Source: Pseudomonadota bacterium (GTDB lineage: Bacteria > Pseudomonadota > Alphaproteobacteria > UBA9219 > RGZA01). From it: 32,075 nucleotides of DNA. This document shows positions 15,688-22,843 of the stretch, one piece after another. The notes under the pieces are model-generated. The model searched no databases and had not been told where the DNA came from. It saw nothing but the letters and a program-made list of their open reading frames with translations. A program made the translations under genes and the position numbers. The DNA lies in contig JACQAB010000066.1 in assembly GCA_016195205.1 (NCBI GenBank), forward strand, positions 1 through 32,075, in the 5' to 3' direction. Position 1 is the first letter of the stretch; every line of letters starts with the position of its first letter.

Positions 15688-16617
15688 ATGAACCAGCTGC
15701 GTCTTAAACCGACCCCGCAAAGTCTGCCCACGCCCGCGCAGAAACAGCGTGCCGCGTGTTGGTTCACGGAATTACAGGGGCAATTCTGCGTGGCGCTGGA
15801 AGAGATCGAGCAGGAATATGCCACACAAAAAGGTGGAGCGGTACAAAAATTCCAACGCAAGGATTGGATCCGTGAAACCCACGATAACGTGCCCGGCGGT
15901 GGCGGCAACATGGCCCTGCTCAAAGGCCAGGTATTCGAAAAGGCCGGCGTGAATGCGTCGGAAGTGTTCGGGCAATTTTCAAAAGAGTTTCGCGCACAAA
16001 TCCCGGGTGCCGATGGCGCAGTCGCGGTTGCGCGAAGCGCAGAGCAGTCGCGCCAAGAATATGAAGACGGCGCGTTCTGGGCCGCCGGAATCAGCCTGGT
16101 GGTGCATCCGCGCAACCCGAAAATTCCCGCAGTGCATATGAACACGCGGCACATCGCCACGCGTTTTGGCTGGTTCGGCGGCGTGGCTGATCTGAATCCG
16201 GTTTTCCCCGATGCGCAGGATGTTGAAGCCTTCCACGCCGCGCTGGGGCGCGTTTGCGGCACCGACACCCCCGCCTGGAAAAAGGAATGCGATGAATATT
16301 TCACCATCAAACACCGCAAAAAGCCGCGCGGCGCGGGCGGGGTGTTTTTTGACGATCTGAACCGCGGCGACTGGGAGGCTGATTTCGCTTTGGTCCAGGC
16401 CCTGGGCGAGGCGGTGCTAAAGGCCTATCCGGCCATCGCGCGGCGGCATTTGTTTGAAAGTTACACGCCGGAAGAACGCGAGGCGCAACTGGTGTGGCGC
16501 GGGCATTATGCCGAGTTCAACCTGGTCTATGACCGCGGCACCAAATTCGGGCTGATGACCGGCGGCAATGTCGACGCCGTGCTCATGTCCCTGCCGCCCG
16601 AGGCCAAGTGGCTTTAG
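15688..16617 (+). CDS. hemF: Oxygen-dependent coproporphyrinogen III oxidase
   Basis: 309 aa with GGGGNMALLKGQVFEKAGVN, ISLVVHPRNPKIPAVHMNTRH, RGAGGVFFDDL and YAEFNLVYDRGTKFGL, all typical HemF motifs. It carries an extra segment of about 16 aa (see the repeat at 16016-16054). Confidence 0.95.
   Translation: MNQLRLKPTPQSLPTPAQKQRAACWFTELQGQFCVALEEIEQEYATQKGGAVQKFQRKDWIRETHDNVPGGGGNMALLKGQVFEKAGVNASEVFGQFSKEFRAQIPGADGAVAVARSAEQSRQEYEDGAFWAAGISLVVHPRNPKIPAVHMNTRHIATRFGWFGGVADLNPVFPDAQDVEAFHAALGRVCGTDTPAWKKECDEYFTIKHRKKPRGAGGVFFDDLNRGDWEADFALVQALGEAVLKAYPAIARRHLFESYTPEEREAQLVWRGHYAEFNLVYDRGTKFGLMTGGNVDAVLMSLPPEAKWL
16016..16054 (+). repeat. 39-nt GC-rich element copy inside hemF, in-frame
   Basis: gcgcagtcgcggttgcgcgaagcgcagagcagtcgcgcc matches the reverse complement of 24255-24293 at 38/39 and 21478-21516 at 36/39 (hand alignment). 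It encodes AVAVARSAEQSR in the loop between the conserved IPGA and FWAAGISL. Confidence 0.8.
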
Positions 16618-16623
16618 GTCCCA

Positions 16624-17148
16624 TCAGATAACCGGTACGCCGCCCGTTTTTGGCGGGTTATAGCCCGGAAACAACCCGCCCTGGGAGCGGGTAAAATCAA
16701 CGCGCTCGGGACCGTAGGGAAATATTTCACTTACCAGTTCCAGAACGAGGGAAAGCTGAACATCCGGCAGAGCCTGTTTGTTCGTGAGCGTGGCCCTCAA
16801 CTGTTCCAGTGTTTTTTTCAGCACCTTGCTAGGCGTAGTTGCCGAGGCCCGGAAAACAGGAAGCGCATCGCGCAATGCGTAAAAAGGAATGCGGGTGCTG
16901 CTGAAACGGCGTTTATTCTCATAGGTGGAAAGAAAAACTTCCTGGTTTCTGACTCCAATTTTCAGGGTAAGAAGCCGGTCGGTATGACCGGTGGGAATGC
17001 GCCGTATTTCCGTCAATGCGCTTTTCTTCAACGCTTGTATGGCCGGTTCATCGACAACAATTTTTGCCGCAGCAAGATATTTCCAGACGCTGGGAAGGAT
17101 TTCGATGTCTTCTATGGGTATGGCGGTAGTCGCGCTGGCTTTCGGCAT
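16624..17148 (-). CDS. Hypothetical protein
   Basis: The ORF is 178 aa from a TTG. A GGAG SD lies 6 nt upstream of the ATG at 17148 (MPKASATT...). No recognisable motifs. It is convergent with hemF, 6 nt apart. Confidence 0.5.
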   Translation of the reverse strand: MPKASATTAIPIEDIEILPSVWKYLAAAKIVVDEPAIQALKKSALTEIRRIPTGHTDRLLTLKIGVRNQEVFLSTYENKRRFSSTRIPFYALRDALPVFRASATTPSKVLKKTLEQLRATLTNKQALPDVQLSLVLELVSEIFPYGPERVDFTRSQGGLFPGYNPPKTGGVPVI

Positions 17149-17230
17149 TTTTTGCTCCAAATGAATTGACTATGCCGGGAAAATTAAACGAAACCCAGCG
17201 GCTCGTAAACAGTCTTAATCATTCCAAAAA

Positions 17231-18097
17231 TTAACGGTCTACTTCTTTAAGTTTCGGGCCCAAATCCTCGCGGCGGTCGCGGAAAAACCCAAACGAAGCG
17301 CGGCATTGGCGCAGGAAATCAAGGTCGAAGCGCTGGGTGATCACGCCTTCCTGGATGCCATCCAACTCGGCTACTACCTCACCACGCTGGTCGCAAATGA
17401 AAGACGACCCATAATAGCTTTGCGCCTGGCCAGAAATTTTTTCGGTGCCCACGCGGTTCGCCGCCGCCACCGGCATGGCGTTGCTGACGGCATGGCCCTG
17501 CATGGCGCGCCGCCAGGGATCGCGCGTGTCTAAACCGGCGTCCTGCGGTTCGGAACCGATCGCCGTGGGGTAAAGCAGAATTTCCGCGCCGAGCAACGCC
17601 ATGCCGCGCGCGCATTCCGGAAACCACTGGTCCCAGCAGATGCCCACGCCCACCGCGCCATGCGCCGTGTTCCACACCTTGTAGCCCGTGTTGCCCGGGC
17701 GGAAATAAAATTTCTCGCAATAGCCCGGCCCGTCGGGGATATGGCTTTTGCGGTAAACGCCCATCAGCGCGCCATCGGCGTTCAGCATCGCCACGCTGTT
17801 ATAGTAATGCGGGCCGTCGCGCTCAAAAATCGACACCGGCACGGCCAACTTCAACGCCTTGGCCACCGGCTGCAGTTTTTGCACCGCCGGATGCTCCGCC
17901 GCGGGATAGGCCTGGGCAAACCATTTTTCATCCTGCGTGACGCAGAAATAGGGGCCCTGAAACAGCTCGGGCGGCAGCGCGATTTGCGCGCCGGCCTTGG
18001 CGGTCTTCTCCAGGTAATGCTCGACCTTGGCGATGTTAGCGTTCATGTCTTCGCCAAAACGCGCCTGGATAACGCCGAGGGTAAGGGTTCTTGTCAT
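17231..18097 (-). CDS. aguB: N-carbamoylputrescine amidase (nitrilase/CN-hydrolase superfamily)
   Basis: 288 aa with the catalytic context GVGICWDQWFPE, LPPELF and YRKSHIP. It is adjacent to and co-directional with agmatine deiminase. Confidence 0.9.
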   Translation of the reverse strand: MTRTLTLGVIQARFGEDMNANIAKVEHYLEKTAKAGAQIALPPELFQGPYFCVTQDEKWFAQAYPAAEHPAVQKLQPVAKALKLAVPVSIFERDGPHYYNSVAMLNADGALMGVYRKSHIPDGPGYCEKFYFRPGNTGYKVWNTAHGAVGVGICWDQWFPECARGMALLGAEILLYPTAIGSEPQDAGLDTRDPWRRAMQGHAVSNAMPVAAANRVGTEKISGQAQSYYGSSFICDQRGEVVAELDGIQEGVITQRFDLDFLRQCRASFGFFRDRREDLGPKLKEVDR

Positions 18098-18106
18098 GGG
18101 AGTAAT

Positions 18107-18160
18107 GAGTAGTGAGTAATGAGGAGTGAATCAATACTCACTCCTCATTACTCACTACTC
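18107..18160. repeat. Perfect 23-bp-stem hairpin in the aguA-aguB spacer
   Basis: gagtagtgagtaatgaggagtga / atcaatac / tcactcctcattactcactactc. The arms are exact reverse complements and are internally repetitive (GAGTAATGAG twice). The aguA stop codon (complement of 18155-18157) lies inside the right arm. Confidence 0.85.
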
Positions 18161-19213
18161 GGGCTCCTGCTGCGTGATGCAATGAAACGAGCCGCCGCCG
18201 CTTAAAATCGCATGCGAGGGCAAACCCACCACCTCGCGCCCCGGGAACAGGGGCTTCAGCGCCGACACCGCCTCCTTGCCGCGCGCGTTATACACCGGCA
18301 CCACCACGGTTTTATTGCCGATGATGAAATTCATATGGCTGGCGGCCTGCAGTTCCGGCACCTCGCTGTCGATCCGACCCGGCGAGGGAATGGTGATCAC
18401 CTCCAGATTCATGCCGCGCAGCGCGGTTTCAATTTCTTTCAAGACTGCGGCGTTCGGGTCATCCGCGCCGCTGGCGTGCTGGCAGACCACTTTGCCGGGG
18501 GCGACAAAGCGCGCCAGGTTGTCGATATGCCCGTCGGTGTGGTCGGCGGGCAAGCCGCGCTCGAGCCACAGGATTTTCTCGAAGCCCAGCGCGGTTTTCA
18601 GCGCTTCAGTGGCAGCAGTTTCCGTCCAGCCCTTGTTGCGGTTGGGATTCAGCAGGCATTGGCGGGTGGTGAGGCACAGGCCGTTGCCGTCAAATTCCAG
18701 CGAACCGCCTTCAAGAATGAAATCATGCTTTTGCGTTGGAATATTTGCGGCAGCGGCGATTTTTTCATTCACGCTTTCATCGCCCGGGTAAATAAATTTC
18801 CCGCCCCAGCCGTTGAATTTGAATAGATGCGCAATGGGGGCTGAGGGGCTAGGGGGCTGGGGGGCTGGCAAATCCAATTTTCCCCGAGCCCCCAAGCCCC
18901 CGAGTCCCCGAGTCCCGAATATTGGCCCTGTATCGCGCAGCCAGGTATCGCCATAGGGAATTTCAAAAATTTCGGCGATACCCTTCAATCTTTCCTTGGC
19001 GCTTTGCAGCCCGCCGCCGCAGGCCAGCACTTTTACGTGATCGCCGCCTGACAAGGCGCGGATCATGGCTTCCACCTCGTCCTGCGCCCCTGAAAGCGCC
19101 TCGAACCACGCCTCAGGGTCCCACGGCCAGGCCGTCCAGATGGCCTTATGCGGGGCCCATTCAGCGGGGATGGACGCAGGCGAAGACGGGTTCTGTTTCA
19201 GCGCGGGTTGCAT
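18155..19213 (-). CDS. aguA: Agmatine deiminase
   Basis: 352 aa with WLRDTGPIF, FNGWGGK, HTDGHIDN and the C-terminal GGGSFHCITQQEP catalytic Cys motif. It carries an in-frame repeat insertion (18836-18916). Confidence 0.9.
   Translation of the reverse strand: MQPALKQNPSSPASIPAEWAPHKAIWTAWPWDPEAWFEALSGAQDEVEAMIRALSGGDHVKVLACGGGLQSAKERLKGIAEIFEIPYGDTWLRDTGPIFGTRGLGGLGARGKLDLPAPQPPSPSAPIAHLFKFNGWGGKFIYPGDESVNEKIAAAANIPTQKHDFILEGGSLEFDGNGLCLTTRQCLLNPNRNKGWTETAATEALKTALGFEKILWLERGLPADHTDGHIDNLARFVAPGKVVCQHASGADDPNAAVLKEIETALRGMNLEVITIPSPGRIDSEVPELQAASHMNFIIGNKTVVVPVYNARGKEAVSALKPLFPGREVVGLPSHAILSGGGSFHCITQQEPE
18836..18916. repeat. G-tract/C-tract palindromic element inserted in-frame in aguA
   Basis: gggggctgaggggctagggggctggggggctgg-caaatccaattttc-cccgagcccccaagcccccgagtccccgagtccc is 81 nt (27 codons). 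It encodes GTRGLGGLGARGKLDLPAPQPPSPSAP between the conserved RDTGPIF and FNGWGGK. Confidence 0.8.
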
Positions 19214-19224
19214 TTAAAGACCGA

Positions 19225-19644
19225 TCAGAGCGTGGCCATGATCTGTTTTTTCGCTCTGTATACCGTGGCCAGGTTAGAAAACCCCTCCCGGTTGCTTACG
19301 TCAAGCGCGTTGGCAACCTCGACCGGTGTGGCATTAGAAGTGATTGCGACCGCCAGCCGGTGCGGTGGCCATCCCTTAGCAAGCAGAAACCGGGCATTGG
19401 TCTCAGCTCGGTCAAGTACCCTCCGTAACGCGGCCGCCTGGGCACTGTCCCGGCTCACCAGATATGCTTTCTGGCCCAAGGCAAACGCCCTGGTTTTAAG
19501 CCACGGCCCCAGCCTGCCGGCTTCATAGCGAAGATATTCTCCCCAGTGGCTGCGTCCTTCGAAAACCATCACGTTGGAGGTGACGCAGAACAGGCTTGTC
19601 AGCCTGGCAAAATCCTTATCGGTGCGATTATTTCTTACATCCAT
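19225..19644 (-). CDS. Hypothetical protein (possible C-terminal HTH)
   Basis: 139 aa with SD AGGAGA 5 nt upstream of the ATG. The stop lies 11 nt before the aguA start. No family recognised. Confidence 0.55.
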   Translation of the reverse strand: MDVRNNRTDKDFARLTSLFCVTSNVMVFEGRSHWGEYLRYEAGRLGPWLKTRAFALGQKAYLVSRDSAQAAALRRVLDRAETNARFLLAKGWPPHRLAVAITSNATPVEVANALDVSNREGFSNLATVYRAKKQIMATL

Positions 19645-19733
19645 ATAGCTCTCCTGAAATGCCGGACGAACTTATGGCCTGACTCAACCTGGGGTCAATC
19701 TGAATTATGAGCTTTATACCTTCAAATAGAATA

Positions 19734-19818
19734 GTCATGCCCGCGTAGGCGGGTATCCACGAAAGCCACAGGCTACGGCTTCTGGCCTATCGTGGACCCC
19801 CGCCTACGCGGGGGTGAC
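19734..19818. repeat. Palindromic REP/MITE-like element of about 85 bp
   Basis: gtcatgCCCGCGTAGGCGGGtatCCACGA...TCGTGGacccCCGCCTACGCGGGggtgac. The arms are about 23 nt and nearly perfect. It is intergenic, between the hypothetical gene and the decarboxylase. Confidence 0.7.
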
Positions 19819-19857
19819 ATTGCTTGTGGGGAGGGCTCCCTTAAATGGCAGATATTT

Positions 19858-21273
19858 TTAGAATCCCACCAAGCTTGGCGCGGATTTGCCGTCGCCGTCG
19901 AAGGTGGGCTCGCTTTCCTGCCAGAAGCCCGGCGTGGAAAGCAGCGGGGCGTCGCGCACTTCGACCGGATGGGCCGAGGCGCCGAAGCCGTTGAAGCTGG
20001 ACTGCAGCGCGGCGCTGTAGCCGCCGGTCTGGCCGATTTCGATCCAGTCGCCTTCTTCCACGTCGGCGGGCAGGCTGACGGGCACCTTCAGCGCGTCGAT
20101 GCTGTCGCAGGTTGGGCCCAGCAGGGTGAACTTGGCCATTTTGCTTGAGGGCGTGGGCGCGTCGGGGCGGATCAGGCGCACCGGATAGGTGAGGCGGCTG
20201 ATGCTGGCGTCGAACAAGCCGCCGTATAAACCGTCATTGATGTAAAGCCGGTTTTCCTTGCGCAGATCCACCTTCACCACCAGCGAGCCCGATTCCTGCA
20301 CCAAAGCGCGGCCCGGTTCGCACCACAGCTTGGTTTTCTTGGGCAGCTTCAGGGCTTCGGCGCCCAGGGTGATGGCCTGCATGTAGGAGGCCAGCGAAGG
20401 CGGGGTCAGCCCCGTGAAGCTTACGGGGAAGCCGCCGCCGACATCGACGATGTCGGGGTTGACTCGTGCCAATTGGATCACCTCGCCCACCTGGGCCAGG
20501 GCGGTGGCATAGGCCTCGGGGTTCATCGTTTGCTGGCCCACATGGAAGGCAATGCCGAAGCGCGCGGCCACCTTGCGCGCTTGCGACAGCAATTCCGCCG
20601 CCAGGGGGTTGGCCGCGCCGAATTTGCCCGCGAGGGAATGAAACGCGTGCCCGCCCGAAACCGCCAGGCGCACGATGATGCCCAGGTCTTTGGCGCCGCG
20701 GGTTTCTTCCAGCAGCTTGAACAGCTCCGCCGGACTATCAATCACGAAGTCGCGCACGCCGTAGTGGAAATAGCTTTTGCGGATGGCCTCGCGGCTTTTG
20801 ACCGGATGCATGAAGTGCATCCGCGCCTTGGGGCAAAGCCCGGCCACCAGTTCCACCTCGGCCAGGCTCGCCACGTCAAAGTGGCGCAGGCCCGAGGCCC
20901 AAAGCTGGCGGATCACCAGCGGCGTGGGGTTGGCCTTCACCGCATACATGACGGTGCCGGGGAAATGGCTGAGGAACCATTGGACCGCTGAGTGGATCAC
21001 ATGGCGGCGCACCAGATGGGTGGGTTTTTCGGGGCGGGCCTCGGCCACATAGGCCTGGGTGGCTTCGTAAGACAGGCCGGTACTGCTGCCCAACGGCAGC
21101 GGACGGGAAAGCGCCCTGGCAGCCAAAGCGGCGCGGCGGCTGCCCGAAGGCGCGGAAACGCCCGGCTCAGGCCCGGAGGGCATGAGGTTTTCAGAAGATG
21201 AATCGTAGAAGCGGCTGGACCCTTCCGGTCCAGGAGGCTCTGATTCGTAAACAGGCAGGGATTTGTCGCCCAT
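19858..21273 (-). CDS. Group IV (alanine-racemase-fold) PLP-dependent ornithine/arginine/lysine decarboxylase
   Basis: PLP-lysine motif VMYAVKANP, GGGFPV and the C-terminal LLGPTCDSID motif. SD AGGAGA lies 6 nt upstream of the ATG at 21273; the track start at 21291 is a TTG. There is a long low-complexity N-terminal extension. Confidence 0.85.
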   Translation of the reverse strand: MGDKSLPVYESEPPGPEGSSRFYDSSSENLMPSGPEPGVSAPSGSRRAALAARALSRPLPLGSSTGLSYEATQAYVAEARPEKPTHLVRRHVIHSAVQWFLSHFPGTVMYAVKANPTPLVIRQLWASGLRHFDVASLAEVELVAGLCPKARMHFMHPVKSREAIRKSYFHYGVRDFVIDSPAELFKLLEETRGAKDLGIIVRLAVSGGHAFHSLAGKFGAANPLAAELLSQARKVAARFGIAFHVGQQTMNPEAYATALAQVGEVIQLARVNPDIVDVGGGFPVSFTGLTPPSLASYMQAITLGAEALKLPKKTKLWCEPGRALVQESGSLVVKVDLRKENRLYINDGLYGGLFDASISRLTYPVRLIRPDAPTPSSKMAKFTLLGPTCDSIDALKVPVSLPADVEEGDWIEIGQTGGYSAALQSSFNGFGASAHPVEVRDAPLLSTPGFWQESEPTFDGDGKSAPSLVGF

Positions 21274-21477
21274 CTGGTGTCTCCTCATCAATCGGTACCG
21301 GACTTAAGGCATCCGGCCGCCAACCAACTAAAAGAGACGCGTCGCCACATAAACGCCAGAGGGCCAGGGGTACGTGCGCGTTCGAAGTTATTAAATAAGC
21401 TCCATTCATGAAAATTCAATAAAAATTTTGGGTGGAGAGACATTTTTTTGTGAATCCACCCGGGTGTGTCCCCATGG

Positions 21478-21516
21478 GCGCAGTCGCGGTTATGCGAAGC
21501 GCAGAGCAGCCGCGCC
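21478..21516 (+). repeat. Intergenic copy of the 39-nt GC-rich element
   Basis: gcgcagtcgcggttatgcgaagcgcagagcagccgcgcc matches the hemF copy at 36/39. Confidence 0.75.
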
Positions 21517-21661
21517 CGAGTGGTTGTGCATGAGCCGTCAGGCGAGAGCACAGAGCGAATGGCGTGAAAAAATGAAGTGCAAAAAACCCCGTGAGAGAAG
21601 GATTTCTTGCTTCAACAGCTCCGCGTCTTAGAGAAAAATTTTTCCTCAAGCGCTGCCCGGA

Positions 21662-21765
21662 TTCCCCTCCCCTTGCCCTCCTTCGCTAAAGCTAAGGAGG
21701 GTCTGGGCGAACCCGTCCGCCGAAGCTTTGGCGGAGGCGGAAGGGAGGAGCTAGGGGAGAGGGGT
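21662..21765. repeat. Composite palindromic element; its parts recur inside pheT
   Basis: The outer arms begin tcccctccccttgccctccttcgc, identical over 24 nt to 24723-24746. The interior 21677-21737 is the reverse complement of 24520-24580 with few mismatches, including a near-identical stretch of about 50 nt. Confidence 0.7.
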
Positions 21766-21948
21766 GGAGCGTGACGTTTCTCAAAGCCCTACCGTTTAAG
21801 CTCGCCGCAATCTTCTGACCCTACCCCTTTATCCCCTCCCTCAGAGGGAGGGGAAATAATTTTTCCAGACGGGCTCCTTAACAAAAAATTTCCATGCCGC
21901 CGCGCGCCGACTCTGAAAATTTTCTTGTAAAAACCCTTTATAAATAGC

Positions 21949-22299
21949 ATGATTCTTACCGTGCCAGCGACTCCTCCCGTCAGCACACCGCCCTTTCAGC
22001 GCGGCCCTCTTTCGCGCCAGGCCCCTCTTTCTCACTTTTGGACCATCCAAGACAGTTCCGGTCGGCTGCTGGCCGAATATCTCGCCGCCTCGCAGTTGGA
22101 TGTCGCCTATAAAGTCGCCCCTGGGCATTATGACCGGTTCCGGTTGGAGGTTTCTTCCTCCTATCGCAAGCTTTTTGAGCGCGCCCTGGGTCTGGTCCTC
22201 GCGCGCCATGCCTGGCAAATCGTCCAGGTGTCGGCGCGCCGGGCCAAACAGTGCCGGTCCGCGCAGGCCGCCGCCGATCCCTCCGCCCCCCATCTTTAG
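21949..22299 (+). CDS. Hypothetical protein (weak call)
   Basis: 116-aa ORF with GC-rich third positions and a protein-like middle (HFWTIQDSSGRLLAEYLAASQLDVAYKVAPGHYDRFRLEV). It has no SD, and the opposite-strand 185-aa ORF looks like R/G/P-rich noise. Confidence 0.35.
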   Translation: MILTVPATPPVSTPPFQRGPLSRQAPLSHFWTIQDSSGRLLAEYLAASQLDVAYKVAPGHYDRFRLEVSSSYRKLFERALGLVLARHAWQIVQVSARRAKQCRSAQAAADPSAPHL

Positions 22300-22335
22300 C
22301 GGGCGAGTCGGCCGGGCGAAAGCGCCTGCCCTCAT

Positions 22336-22383
22336 CCATGTCATCCCGGGCGAGCGGCAGCTGTGAGACCCGGGATGACATGG
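22336..22383. repeat. Perfect 15-bp inverted repeat (ccatgtcatcccggg / cccgggatgacatgg)
   Basis: The arms are at 22336-22350 and 22369-22383 with an 18-nt loop. It is related to the gtcatccc...gggat motif inside pheT at 24441-24469. Confidence 0.75.
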
Positions 22384-22609
22384 GTGGCCCCGCGCCAAGT
22401 TTCGGGGGGCTTGTTAGCTTGCCGAACTTTTCGATTTTCAGGATATTAACGAATGCGGCGTTGAAATCGTTAAAATTTACGGAGGCGTTTCATGTCGCAG
22501 TGCACGGAAACTTTTCTTGTTAACCATAAGAATTCGCTTGTGAGAACTGCAAAACTTGTTCTAGGGTTTTTTTCACTTTATCAATCCCTTTATCTTTTAG
22601 GAGAACAAC

Positions 22610-22843
22610 ATGCTTTCCATGGGCCGACACAAAGATGCTTTTGCTATCTTCGACACCGGAAAAGGTGGCGAACAAGTTATTATTGAAAATGGCATTCCCA
22701 ATGGTAGGGAAGCTGCGGCGGCTCTGGCAGCAAGAATGGCCACTACGGCAACAAGACCAGGCACACAAGGTCCGAACGCACAAAGCATGAATGGCGCCAC
22801 ACACCGTTTTGCTCCTCGTCCCGGCGCGCCCGGCGTACGTTAA
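22610..22843 (+). CDS. Hypothetical small protein (weak call)
   Basis: 77 aa with SD TAGGAGA 6 nt upstream of the ATG. No motif recognised. It overlaps a 64-aa ORF in another frame (22492-22686) that also has a good SD. Confidence 0.35.
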   Translation: MLSMGRHKDAFAIFDTGKGGEQVIIENGIPNGREAAAALAARMATTATRPGTQGPNAQSMNGATHRFAPRPGAPGVR

